A DNA stretch of 62,954 nt, filler included, from Asterionella formosa (taxonomy: Eukaryota): NCBI GenBank assembly GCA_002256025.1. It is 6 parts of 6 records of this genome, joined end to end, with 100 filler letters (N's around TTAATTAATTAA, not from the genome) between each part and the next. Parts side by side here need not be neighbours in the genome. Positions count along the whole stretch, not along the records: positions 21,084 to 31,490 come from NKIB01009525.1; positions 31,591 to 41,985 come from NKIB01009550.1; 4 more parts are not named here. One strand, given 5' to 3'. The notes beneath the pieces were generated by a model. That model was not told where the DNA came from, ran no database searches, and worked only from the letters and a program-made list of their open reading frames with translations. The first letter of the stretch is position 1; each line of letters begins with the position of its first letter. Shown here piece by piece: positions 21,300 through 35,100 of this stretch. A program made the position numbers and the translations under genes.

Positions 21300-24200
21300 A
21301 TCATTTGCAATTTGCAATGTCTTTGCGCACATTGCAATGGTTTTATCTGTGTAACTACAAATTTCGGAAGAACAAATCCCCATCTGAGTCTCACAATCGA
21401 AATTGTAGCAACCGTGTTTTTTATGCATATGGTCACTGTCGACATTGCATGCAGGAACATCGAGTTCCTGGAATACATAGTGAAACTATGTATTGCGGTA
21501 GTCCATCTAATCATTCAAGGAAAGAAGTTAATGATGGCAGTGTAACTGCTGCAGCATTTAGGGAGATTAGACAAGAAGAGATTATGTGTCCTATCCTTGA
21601 ATCAAGTGACCACAATCATCCACTTCATGACGACAGCGACAACTCAGTTTATAACAATATTCAGTCACAACAGGACGAACAATTGAGACTAAAAACTGTC
21701 CAAGAGTTGAATTCAGAAACCATGCAATATTCAGATTTTCAAGATCGCACCGGCTTTCTCCCTGAAAATGCAATGGAAATTCCCCTTTCTCCTCAATTTC
21801 AACTTCCAAGTAAACATTCTCTGAACATGCATTCAATTGAATTAGAACTCATGTTATTCCTCAACGAGAATTAGCTACCTTCCACCAGTTTACTTTGATC
21901 ATCTAACGAAATGGCTGTTCAAGGCAAAAGCAATGAAATATTTTGATGGAAGGTATCAAGCTCCATCCTACCAGACTTTGAAAAAACGCATGGATATTTC
22001 ATTTCCACCAACATTAGCTGGTGGTCAACTGTTGACCAAACAAATAAAGATTGATAACAATTCAAATATGATCATCCCACGCACACTCCATTTTATTTCG
22101 AACCAGTGCAGCTCATTGCAGGATTGCTACGACGTGATTCCGATATCATGCAACATTTTGTATGTCACCCACAAGTGAAACTTACAACTTGTGGAGAACG
22201 CATATATGACGAAGTAACTTCTGCGACTTGGTTTGAAAATGCATTCAACAATTCGCCTGCATCAGAAAATGGAGTGTTGAAGACAGGGTGTTTCTTTGTT
22301 GCCCTAGCAGTTTTCAGTGATGGTTCACCTATTGATAAACAAATGAAACATTCCGAGCATCCGTTATTGCTGACAAGGTTATTAAACTTAACGTTAGAAG
22401 GAAGAAAAAAGTTGATGGATGGCACTTAGTATCTCTTTTGCCAGACATTGAAGTCAGTGATCTGGAGAAACAAATGAATAATATGTTGTCTGGTGTAGAC
22501 TCAAATTAGTATTTATTCCATTGTCGCCTTTCGAAGATCCAAACAAGTCATACGATATTTGGGTTCATGGTCTTGGTATGACAAAAGCTTATTTCCAGAT
22601 TGGAATGATCGTTGGTGATACAGAAGAACACAATAAAATTTGTGGTTTCAGGGGTGGTAATGGATTATATCGACGATATGTTTGTCGTGATTGCCTGGTT
22701 TCAACTGAAGATGCTGATAATCCCGATATTGGATGTGAACGTCGTAAAGTGTCAGATGTTAAAAAGTTTTTAAAAAAATTTCTTGACAAAAATGCATATC
22801 CCGATGGAAAATTACCATGTATCCCACCTGAATATTGTGTCTCCCAATCTAATGGCAAATATGCAACAGCAAACGAGTGGTGCCGTGTTATATCGCATAA
22901 TCCTATTGTGTCTGCACTAATAAATCATTTTTTTGGTGGTGACTTAGAAGGATTATTTGGTGCAACTCCATTTGAGGTTCTTCATCAATTACTACTTGGA
23001 ATATTTAAGTAATAAACGTAACACTGAAACAACATACTCTGCTTTTCTTGATCAAGAGCAACCGAAGAAACGGGCAAAGACCGAAAAGGACACACGCACC
23101 AGTTATCAAAAATATCTACACTGGCAAAAATCAAGACCCAACACTTGTACCAGCACCAGAAATGTATTTTCGAAACTATACTTCGAAAAAAGTGGCTGCT
23201 AGATATATCAATAGTCATTTGGAAAGGCAAAGCGATAGTGATATTCCAAAATTTTCATACAGATCTGGGATGACAGCATTGTCGAAAATGTCAGGGCAAG
23301 AAATTCCCGGATTATGTCTGTTAACTATTTTTTCAATGGGTGGAATGATGGGTTCAGAGAACATGCACCTAGAAAAGGATTTCACATTGCTGTTATGGTT
23401 ATGTATATCTATCAATGACACTTAATTCATACCACAATATACATCAACATGTATTGATATTTTAGAGGAAAGGGTGAAGAGATTTATGTCAGTTACTAAG
23501 ATTATGATTGGTCCCCAACGGGAAATGATATCTCAAATTGGCTTACAAATGGCGAAATTTCATGGAATGAAACATTACCCTCATCTGATTAGGAAGTTCG
23601 GATCTCCTCTTACTTTCTTCGGTGGATATTTGGAGTCTTTTTGAAAGAAAAATTGAAACAACCCAGTAAGCGAGTCAACGGCGGACAATTACATCGATTA
23701 AAGCATGACATTTTAACAAGGTCATATGAAACAAGGCTGTTTGCCTTGGCACGAAAAATTGTTTTTGTAAGTGATTCATTACGTACAGAAAACAAACAAA
23801 AGAAGATGAGTAGAGAAAATACCATCAATGAAAATGAGGGTATTTCAACAGAAATTGATTTCGAAGGAATGATTCCGGATACAATGATGTTGCCTAGTAG
23901 GTCGCCTGAAAATTTGGGAATCTCGCCTACCAAAATCCATTTACCAGCCCTTCCTGTTTAAGTTCAATTTTCTGCTTCATCATCAAATGACTATAGCAGG
24001 TGTCCCTAATAAGATTGGGCATGTATCACGGAGTAAGGATGCACCCTTGTCTCAAATGGTTCATCCTGATTTACCGAAGGGGGCCAACTACGTAAAGAGC
24101 ATTGCGAATTCAGCAATAGAAATAGCAAGAATCAAAAGTCTTGAAGATGGGGTTGGGCCTGTTTCCATTGTAAGGATTGACTTTTATCATCATATTAAAA

Positions 24201-24640
24201 TTGAAAGTAACGTTCCAGGCCAAACTACTATTTTCAGATGCCATCCGAAATGGAATAATGATTCAAAGGCAGGAATCTCTGGTCGTGAATGGTTTGACTG
24301 GGTCGAAGTGAACTGGGAGAAGGGAGATGGATCAAGTTTCTACACAGTTCCTGCAAAACTACTTCTTTGGGGAAATGTTATTTTCTCCAACACAACAACC
24401 ATTCTCTTAGCGTGTATTTGTTTTTTGCAAGAGGAGACACCTTATGCAATGATGCAACTGAATTGAGCGTTGTTGAATTTCATAACATACTTTCGTCAGC
24501 ATTTGTTGTTCCTGCTTTGAAACCACAGTAATCAAGCCAAGGAAATCTCTGAAACCGAAAGAAGCTTTGGAACAGATACGGAAAGATAATTTTTATGTTG
24601 CCATGCCTCCACGTAATTTATGAAAATCAATCGGGTGTGA
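21300..24640 (+). pseudogene. Plavaka-like (CACTA/En-Spm-related) transposase, frameshifted
   Basis: In order: Cys/His-rich N-terminus, AVFSDGS...EHPLLLT, VGDTEEHNKICG...CRDC, TPFEVLHQLLLGIFK, KFHGMKHYPHLIRKFGS...ESFLKEKLKQP and WFDWVEVNW, as expected for Plavaka transposases. Confidence 0.8.
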
Positions 24641-24782
24641 CCAAAACTAACAAGCGAACGTTGATAAATACACAAGAATAATATAAATGATAATGGTAAC
24701 AATATAGTTTCGCATACTAAATTGGTTATAATGAGGTTTTCACAAACTACAATTTCCTACGAAATGATTATCTAATGGTCCA

Positions 24783-26593
24783 TTATTTCTTCTTATTCAC
24801 TCCCAAAGAACCTAAGATGGTCCTTCTCGTTTCGTCCGAAATTTTGCTATTCCACTTTTCAACTGCAGTTCGATGTGATTCTGCAAACTTCTTCAATTTG
24901 ATTCCAGAAGGGCTATCATCAGATACAAAATTTTCTTTCAACTTTTTGTCAATTTTGATGCATCCAGAAATTTGGCCAAGAGGTGCATGATTATACCATT
25001 TGAAGGGAGCAAGTTTGTCATTACTTTGTTGTATCATGGATTTTACGTAGACAACTTCATCCTTCTTGAAAGAAGAGTTGCAAGGAACTCGTCCAAATAC
25101 TTTGTTGAAATAACATGGAATCATGTTCAGTGGCCATACTGATCTGCAATGGCGCCGTGCTTTGGTGCCAGTATAGAAAGATTCCGAGAACCCAATTTCT
25201 TCAGGTATATGGGATTCTTGTGGAAGATATCCTGTATCGGTGCATAACAATTCCAATTCTATTCTGCATCCGGGGATGATGCAGTACTTTCGGGCAAGGT
25301 GAAATACTTGATCATACTGTTCATCCACACTTGCATCTTTTCCTGGGTCATGGACTTGACATAATCCATCATTTATAGCAAAAAGATAATGCACAAAATG
25401 ATTGTTTTCCTCCTCATCTGATCTTTTGCAATACACAATTAGCACATAGTTACTTTCTTGATGAAGTGGATGACAAGTGGATGACAATCACCTTGGTATA
25501 TATATGGAGTATTATTACCCTTTTTTGGGTTCTCATCCAGATCAAATATAACCTTGACATCACTTGGATGAAGTTCATGAATTATATAATGGATCATAGA
25601 GTAAGGTAATTGTTTCAAGGTCCCAATATGCAAGATCTTTAAAATCTGAAGATGATTTTTTGGTACCTTTGACTCCATAAAATACAGAGGCGTAATTGCA
25701 TATTTCTTCTGGGGTCTTTCCACAGTTTTAGTTGTCCATGTGTTTTCGGAAAACTCAAGGAAAATGCCGTTTGCTTTGGCATAATAACTCTGCACATTTC
25801 ACGTGCCGACTTTTCACAAAAGTAGCTGCCTTCTGGATTGTTTTCAATGATTTTACAAAGAAATTCTTTTTCTTCCATGTATGATTTGGAAAAAGATTCA
25901 ATTTTGTGTTTCTGACTTCGTTCCCTAATCAGAGCATCAACTGCCTCAGAGAGCATCACATCTCTGTCTGCATTGATCTTCTTTAATTCGAGGTCTTGAT
26001 CTAGCTCAGACTTTTTCTCGAATATCTGTTCTTTTAGAAATGCAATAGTTTCTCTGCTTTCATGATGTTCATCTTGATGTTCTGAGCGGATAGTGAGATA
26101 TGTTTCTTGGTTTTGCAACTTTTCAACCATATCTACTTCTGAAGTGTTGTCTGCCACATTTCCGCCGATATTTACATTCATCGCATGATTTTGTTCATCC
26201 AGTGAATGAGAATCACTGAGTTCTTCTTCATTATCAGCGATTTCAGGAGAATGAGCAAAATACGACACTGAATGGTGGAACTGTGACTCTGTACAAATAG
26301 AGTCATCATCCACGAAGACCAACTGTTTGTGTTTCCTCTTCGAAAGCAATCTTTCCTTCTTTTCAATCTCAGCCACTATTGTATCGGCATGTATACTTCA
26401 TTATTTTTTCTGGATTATTATGAATCTGTTCAAATTCATTTGATCTTTGAGTGTATTCAAAGGAATCTTCGATTGATTTCATAACTTTCTTCATCTTCTT
26501 TTCCGAAAACATAAAGTCGTGTGGTGTAAACAATGGAAGTAAGTCTCATTTCTTGTTTGACTGATCCTTTCCATGAAATCCGTGAAATGCCAT
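24783..26593 (-). pseudogene. ORF2 of the Plavaka-like element (coiled-coil N-half; possible peptidase-like C-half), frameshifted
   Basis: Three overlapping ORFs (25639..26376, 25439..25795, 24783..25487) join into one ~600-codon gene. A paralogous fragment lies at 2270-2540. Confidence 0.7.
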
Positions 26594-27368
26594 TTGGAAA
26601 GTTGTCAAAGGGCCAGAAGACTATGATGTAAAACAGTGGAAGGGAAACGCGGAGCTTATTGCAGCGCTTGTGGAGGTGGAACTGGTGTGATGGTAACCGA
26701 GTGTAGTAATTGTTGAACAGAGCACAGTGGAATATGCATGTTCCGCCAGCGTAGTGTTTACACAATACACATGCCGGCATATATATAGCTAAAGCAACGA
26801 AAGACGACATGACAATGAACGTGATGGCTGGTTGTTGAGGATACCGGTATGTGATATGCATCAATCCATATCACAAATCATTTTATAGTGATCTACATAT
26901 CAACGCATCCGTATACTTAGATCCTATCCACTGTATAATACTATCATATTAACTGTTGACTTTAACTTTATACATTGAACGACAAACATATATATTTATT
27001 AACATACTTTATGATTGCTTGATTTATTTTCTATGATGTCTTGGTAACACTTGCGTACATAATTTATCGTATTTTATTGTCATTGTACTATTTTAACATA
27101 ATCATATTTTGATCAAAATTATATCATATACATTTTAAGAAATCATCACAGTTCTATGATCAATGCATCATAGCTATGTGATGTACTTTATTCAATATTA
27201 TGTATCATACTTTAGTGATGTATGCATCGATGTAACCCTATCATGATATCACATTATCATCTTATCAGTCATGATGAGATGATTACTGTATTATGCATCG
27301 TGCTACGGGGTATTTTATTATATCACGCAATTTAGTAGCTAACAAGTCACTCCGCCTGTAATGTACAA

Positions 27369-28050
27369 AAGTCGACAGTGCACATACTCACACGCTAATC
27401 AGGTTTGAGAAAACGGACAGTGGTTCCAACGAGCGAATAATGGTACCACGAGTACCAATTTTTCCAGCGTAAGAACTTTTCTCTCTATTGATGAGGATGA
27501 CACGGACACCGACTTTTCCAGGAGCAAACAACAATGAAGAAACCCACTTGTCGCTCTATTGATGTTAACAAAGATGCGGACAAGTTCAACAGTGAATACA
27601 AGAGCAACATATCAATGAGAACAAGTCGACAGTTTGTGTACGCACACGCCAAGCAGGTTTGAGGCGGACAGTGGTTCCAACTAGCGAATAACGTTACCAC
27701 GAGTACCAATTTTTCCAGCGTAAGAACTTGTCTCTCTATTGATGAGGATGACACAGACACCGACTTTTCCAGGAGCAAACAACAATGAAGAAACCCACTT
27801 GTCGCTCTGTTGATGTTAACAAAGATGCGGACAAGTTCAACAGTGAATACAAAGAACAACATATCAATGAGAACAAGTCGACAGTTTGTGTACGCACACG
27901 CCAAGCAGGTTTGAGGCAACGGACAATTCCAACAAGCTAATGACAATACAGATATCAAATTTTTCCTACGAGCAAACAACAATGAAAAGAGCCACTTGCT
28001 TTTGCTCTCTTGATGGTATCAAAGATGCGGACAAGTTCAATAGTTAATTC
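27369..28050. repeat. Tandem repeat, ~253-bp unit x ~2.7
   Basis: aagtcgacagt recurs at ~27369, ~27622 and ~27874 with near-identical downstream sequence. The paralog at 45240-45710 has one unit fewer. Confidence 0.9.
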
Positions 28051-29029
28051 AAGTACAGTATGCCAAATGCAGAAACGAGCGAGCGATATGAAAATGAAAT
28101 TCTAATCAGAATCATTCTATTACTATAGCAATATGGGCAAAAGTCTGTTATGCACATTTTCGTATCTCCTCTATGCTTAATCTCAATAGTAGATGTAGTA
28201 TCATGTGAGAATTGAAAATGCCAGCAAGAACAAGTAGAATGTGTTTGTTTTCCGGTTGATTGGCGACATTGTCATGCTGAAGTCGACGCAACAGATTTAC
28301 TTTGTGCGCTGTGTGCGGAAGTATTACAAGTTCGAATGATTTCTTCTCTCCTGTTAACTCTTAATTGAATGATTATGAACAAAGGTTCACTGCACATGAC
28401 GATTACTCGAAGATATAATGATCACTTGACCAACAAATTGAAGACGTAATCGCAAACATTCATTCCGCTTGTCATCGCTAGTATTTCGTTGTTGTTGCAA
28501 AAATCGGAGTGATGACGGATGGAAATGACGAGCCAAATTACATTACTTGAAGTGGTACATTATCCTACCAAGAAATTCGAATACTTTATCAAAATTATTA
28601 GATGACATAACGAAATATTATGATCAGATGATCACAATCCAATGATGCATCATGGAAATATGATAGTTTTTATTTGCAGACAAATGTAACATACTAGAAG
28701 TAGATTGTCCTGTTCTATAATGGATGTTTTTTAGCTTTGATTAAGGTTGTAACACTGATTGATGCTCCAGTGACAGACCGGAAATATTTGTGTTGTGTGA
28801 TGAGCCATTTAATGAGCCATTTCGTTTTTATTGGATTTCTCTTCAAGTTCTTAACGGATTGCATATGAACATACTAATGTGCACTGCCTGTAGATGATGA
28901 TTAATCAAAGCACATGATGACTTATTAAATTATTAGATGATGTAATGAAAAATTATAATCAGATGATATCTGGGCTCATAATTCCTTTTCAACTGCATGG
29001 ATGTATATCGTAGTTTCCAGTCACCAGAC

Positions 29030-29440
29030 TACCCACAGAAGATGAATTGAAACACTGCTGCTGGATAGAAATGATGAGCCAACAACAATGGAATCCGTGT
29101 GATTGCCGTTTTATTGAGCAGGAGCGCCCGCACTTACCTCATCCTCACCGCATTAAAATGGTGTCTGTAACACCTACTACTCAATCAGATGAGCTCCCAA
29201 CTGAAATTCCACATGACTTTCTACAAAATCGATTCATCGCCAACACGTCTAGCACTAGTATGGACTGCTGATCACAAATCGACCACACTACTCTTGCTCG
29301 ACGTTGGGGCGGGGGATCAGTGAGTCTTTGGCCAAGAACACTATGGCTGGATAAAACTACACAAAGAGGAATGCGCTATGTTGATGACCAGCTAACTTGC
29401 CGCTTCCGCACCAGACAGGCACATTTCAGTTAGCTAACCC
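29030..29440 (+). pseudogene. Copia/CoDi pre-integrase remnant
   Basis: TTLARRWG...AKNT...KTTQRGMRYVDDQLTCRFRTRQAHF across frameshifts. Confidence 0.6.
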
Positions 29441-29659
29441 CATCTATGTTCTGGCTTATTCACTGAAAAATTGTTCAATGAAATCACCAGCATCCATGAT
29501 AATAAATGTGCACAATTGCTTGTTTGTCACAGCTACCCTCTTACAAGTAAACGACAAGCATTTGACAAACTTGATCTCTAAGTCTGTGAATAGATTTTCC
29601 ATTAGATCTAAGGTTTTACTCAGCATACGTTAAAAAACTGATTGATTATTCAAATATTT

Positions 29660-30090
29660 TGACATGTTGATGATAATTTTGATAAATCAACGGTAGTGTC
29701 TGTATGATCAATCAAATTTGTACATTAGGTTAGTAGCATACACATGTTAGGCTATACGTATATAAGAAGTCGTATATATATGTTACCAAATCTAATCATT
29801 AACCCGAATTGTTGATATATATGTTGATCAAATGTTGTGTTATGTTGATGATAATTTTGATAGATCAATGACCGTGTCGGTGTGGTCAATCAAATTTGTT
29901 TGTCAGATTATTTACTTACACACCTCAGGTTACGCATAGATAGAAGTCATATATATTAGTTATCAAAACTAGTATGCCAACCAAATGCTTTAATATATTG
30001 ATACATTGTTTGATTGACCAATAGCTGTTGCTCTTTGATCAATTATTGTTTTATCGAAGGTTATGACTTTACACAGATCACCTTACGTGT
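29660..30090. repeat. Degenerate tandem repeat, ~178-bp unit x2-3
   Basis: atgttgatgataattttgata.atcaa...tcaatcaaatttgt at ~29664 and ~29842. Confidence 0.7.
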
Positions 30091-32146
30091 ATGTAAACCT
30101 TGCACCCAATGATGCTATCAGAATGAGTTCTGTTCAACAACGGTGTGTTCCTTGTTGCCATTCTGATTTGAATGCTCTACCGGTACATGCTTTGATCCAA
30201 TTCTTGTACAGGTAGTACTATTTGTCATTCTTATCTCTCCATTTGCATATCAGTAATCGAATTTCTAACAAGCCAAGTGCGTTCGTTGAATCCCTTACGA
30301 GCTACCTTCTTGCGGGGATGACGACGATCTCAGTCTTATAACGAATGATATGGTCTCGATATTGATGGTGAATTATGCTGGCGAAGTTTGATTGTTTGTT
30401 TGTTACTCGAAATCAATAGCTTTGGTCAATTTATACAACAGAATTGGAGAGCGATGCATTGAAGGCCATACCCGATTCCAATTCCAACCGAAATCAAGAA
30501 GATAGTACCTTTTGATCATAATTCGCCCATTGCGAACATCGATCCGTATTTCGAATCTGTTCTTCAAGATGAGATGTGGATCAAAGTGAAGATGGACCAG
30601 ATGGCGGCGTAGTTTGTTGCTCGTGGCCTTAATCATGGGTTATCCATTCTCATTGACTAGCTATTGGCAAGCACGTTTGTTTGCTGCAGAATTAGAGTGG
30701 CCACAACATCAGCACTAATCAGGAAGTAGCTTCATTTCATTCAGGAAATAGTAGCATCACATGAACCTTGAATAGCAGGGGGTTCGAAATAACAATCGTA
30801 AATTTGCTTAATAACATTGTACTATCCCATTGTTTTAAGAAATCTCTTTATTGGCAACATCAGAGGCAATATATATAGGACAGCCTAACCCCATTGCCAC
30901 ATATATACTACTTTCCACTAAGTGACCGCTTTATATGTTCTCGCCACTCCGAAGAAGTGTAAAATATTTATGAGGGTACCAGAATCATTATTCAATCAAT
31001 AGCTGATTCGAATGTCGTACAGCAACAATGGTTGTCAAAATGAGTCCAATGATGTTGATAAACTTCTCCGTTATTGGGGCGTTTCAAATGATCCCTGTAT
31101 TTTTACTCATATTTTTGGTGCTGGTATTGATACAGAAGAAAAGAGGAATAAGCTTCTGTGCACCATTACGGCCACATTTGAGAAGCATCGCCAGAATTGG
31201 GAAACTTTTTTCCTGAAGAGCCGATGGAATTCGTCATACCTGTCATTCCAAAAAAAATTACCGATGTCGTGTATTTTCCGTTTATGCATTGACACAGGCG
31301 AATAAAAACGAAATAGTTGATGCCAGTTCATCTTCTCCCAATACCATTCCAAGAAAAAAGATCGTGTTGCTTGTATGCCCATGGTAGATCTTGTTTCTAC
31401 TTCCTCAGAGCGTCTAATTGAGTCTATTGAATCTGATAGACTTGATATAAAATCTCCCCCTCCTTCCAAAGCAAAAGCAAAATTTCAATTNNNNNNNNNN
31501 NNNNNNNNNNNNNNNNNNNNNNNNNNNNNNNNNNTTAATTAATTAANNNNNNNNNNNNNNNNNNNNNNNNNNNNNNNNNNNNNNNNNNNNATACAGTGGT
31601 CTCCACATCAACAGTTGTTGTTTGCGTTTGTGTGACTGGTTCCATACTATGCGGTTCCATTTGCCTTGCTTGTAGTATCTTCAGGGAGATTCAAATGACT
31701 GATCTGTAGTAACAAATACACAAAAACACTTGGGAGTTATAAGATCGCCAAGTATAACTTTCTGTCTGGTGCTGTATAATTGTATCAATGGTGTTGCTTG
31801 GACGATGTACGCAGCCAGCATAAAATTGAAGGAATAGTATATGCCATTTATATTATCACTGGTGCCTTGCCTTGCAGGCTTATTTTCGGTTATTTTATTA
31901 GTGACAACGGAAATGATACCCGCGTGAAAACGACAGTATCACTGATACCGTTTTTGGAGGGGGCAAAAAAGGTACCAATTTTGTATCAATGATACAAAAT
32001 TGATACCATCAAGTTACCGTTGCTGATACCGTGTTTTGATACCAACCGTCACTTTTTGCCCGCAACCCGGAAATGATACAGCAAATTCGGAATGATAAGA
32101 ACAACCCTTATTCGAGCATACAACTTGCGCGACATACACGTGCAGG

Positions 32147-35100
32147 TCACCAGCGCTGCAACGATTTGCGATGACGCAGAAAAGTCAAAAGGGGGAGTGG
32201 TTTGGTGAACATATCAGCCACCTGATCCTCCGTGTCGACATGCTCAATGCGGATAATTTTGCGCCGGACATGATCACGAAAGTGATGGTACTTGATATTG
32301 ATATGCTTGGTACGTGGGCGCATTTTCGGCGTATGAGCCAGTTCGAGCGCCCCAGAATTATCTTCAAACAGGGTACACCAAACTGCAGGCACAGCAAGCA
32401 CAGCAGGATCAAGTTTCTGCTGAATCTCCGTCAACAGACGCATCAGTGGGATTGCGTCACGCAGCGATTGGCTAAGACACACATACTCTGCCTCAGTGGT
32501 GGACATAGCAACCTCTGTCTGTAGCTTGGAGGCCCACATGATCGGACAGGATGCATATGTGATTGCATACCCAGACCGTGATTTCGCCGTCATTAAATCA
32601 CTAACACTTGTTTCTTTATTCCAATTGCCACAGAAATCGGCGTCTACCCAAACAGCAAATGAATGATCATCCGGAAGCAGGATTATTCCCTGATCGGCAG
32701 TGCCAATCAAATATCGGACAATGTTCTGCACAGACACAGCGTGGGAGGCCTTGGGATTAGCGGAGAATAGAGCGCATTGATGAACCGCATACGCAATATC
32801 CGGTCGAGTGGACTTTTCCAAGAAATTGAGCTTCCCAATAATGGATCGGTAGGACCAGTGCTCGGCAAAATCCTCACCATCAATGTCTCGCTGCAGAATG
32901 ACCGTAGAGGATGCGGGAACTCCATTGGATTTCGTGGTATTCGTAAACCTAATGTCACTGGCAATGGCCGCTATGAGGTGGGGTTGTGTAAGGGAAATTG
33001 AGTTCGAATCAGCAGACAGCGTCACCTTGATCCCTAAGTAGTCGGAGATATTCCCTTCATCTGTCAGGTTAAAACTAGCCCGCATGAGCTCGATGCATTC
33101 GTCAATCAGTCGAGCTTTTGGACTGATAAAATCCCATCATCCACATACACCATGAATATAGTAACTCCTTTATAGAGCACACACTCATCTGCGTCACTCT
33201 GTATAAATCCAATAGCCAGCAAACCTCTCTTCAAATGCTGCGACCAAGTTCTCCCAGCTTGCTTTTGTCTGTAAATGTTCTTCAGGATCTTGAGACAGAG
33301 GTCCGTTCGACCTCCCTCCGGCATCTCAAACCCATGTGGAATTTCCATGTACAAATCACACTCCACATCAGCTTGTGGGTAGGCCAGAGTAAAATCAATC
33401 TGCCTAGTACTCCAGCCATGCATCAGTGACAGCGCAAGCAGTAACCGGATAGGTGGCCAGGAAAGGGTGGCAGCATAGGTTTCCCAGTAATTAACTCCGT
33501 ACTCTTGTTTACCACCATGTAAGTTCAACCTGGCTTTCCACTTACAGACCTCCGTTGAGGCAATACGGCGTTTCCTTTTCATTGCCCACACGCACGGGAG
33601 GATCTTGGTCCCAAAAGGGACCGCTGACTTGGACACCACCTTTCAGTGATGATTGTTATGATGGGCCATAACTTCAGCCTCCATAGCGGCTATAAACTGT
33701 TTCCTGTCTGGCTCCCTCAGAGCCTGGTCGGCGCGCAACGTGTCAGGGTCGGAGGTTTTGGCCATGAAAGCTATTGGATCATCCATCATGACTTGTAGTT
33801 GATATTCCTCATCACCGTCTATGTCCTCAAGCACCGTAGAGGAGCATATAAAACCCTGTTCCACGCTTTCTTGGATTCGACGGGAAGGCTTGTGTCGCTG
33901 TGACCAACGCACTCCTGCCGCAGGAGGTGGGGAGTGGTCCGTCGGAAGAATTTGAGGACCATCCGTCTGAGATTGGTGGGGAAAGGGCCCACCCTGGGGT
34001 ACTACCTCCTGAGCGATATCGTAGTGGTGGTGGGGTATCATATTCTCTTCCGGACCACCAACTGGGGAAAAAAAGGTCCGGGATCCTCGTCACCCCCTCC
34101 ATCACTCTATCCACAATAGCGGGGGGTAGGGTTGACTCGCACCTGACTTGGCTACTGGAAAAATGAGTGGCCGAGAGCCATCCAGTCTCATAGGAGTCAT
34201 CCCCTTTTCCAACGGTTTCGAACATGTCATCAAACGCCACATGAAATTGGGGGGAAACCATACCAGTCTTAATGTTTAACACTAGGGCCACAGACCTCGC
34301 ATGCTGGGGGGATTGTCCCAGGTACACTCTCACCCTTGCTCTCTTGTACCACTTAGGTATGCTCTGACCTGCCGGCAGCAGATTAGATAGGGCGTACACA
34401 GGGCACCCGAAGGGGCGAAATGACACAATCTTAGGAGACACATCTGTCCTCGAGAAAACGCTGGCCGCCGAATTTCCGTCCAGTCGCAGGGGAGCGCTGA
34501 CTATTGCGTCGTTAGCAGTGCGCAGAGCATATGGCCACAGACAGTTCGATATAACTTTAGGCCATCTGGCTGTAGCGTGCAGGAGCGCCGTACGGGTCAT
34601 ATCCTGCAGGTCCCGAACTCGCTTTTCTGCCACCCCATTCTGGAAGTGAGCGTTGACCCCACAATACGTGATTTCCTGTCGCTGATCGGCTACGTCTTGG
34701 AGAAACAGCGCGTCGGCAAACCGACCGTTGTCCGCATGATGGTGAAGCACCTTCACACCATGGGACTCGCAGAATCTCTCGAAAGCTCTTTTGGCTCGAA
34801 CAATGTCATCGGAGGTGAGGGACCTCTGCAGGTGCACGAATGAGAGGCGGCTAAAATGTCCCACAATCACTGTGGCCGCAGTGTAACGTTGCGTCGTTGG
34901 GATCCCCTTGAGTTGGGCGATCAGGCCAGGCGTAGACGACATCATTTGATCGACCGACACGCACTGCCCGGGACAGGTTGCTGTTCTCCCTCCCACTTTG
35001 CTGGGCAGAGCCTTGGATCTCCATGCCCGTCAGGTGGCCTTGCCGTACATGCAAGCAGTACATTTTGGAATTCTTCCCTGCAACAGCCTTTTGGGCAAGA

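Larger units (their letters stand above)
21084..28690 (+). mobile_element. Large Plavaka/CACTA-like DNA transposon (transposase + convergent ORF2 + repeat-rich arm)
   Basis: 21084-22790 matches 47947-49695, and 26625-28680 matches the reverse complement of 44535-46455. Carries two decayed genes. Confidence 0.8.

Noticed and set aside
30150..31490. Possible decayed gene(s)
   Set aside because: Short ORFs on both strands with no motif I can assign; strand and identity unresolved.
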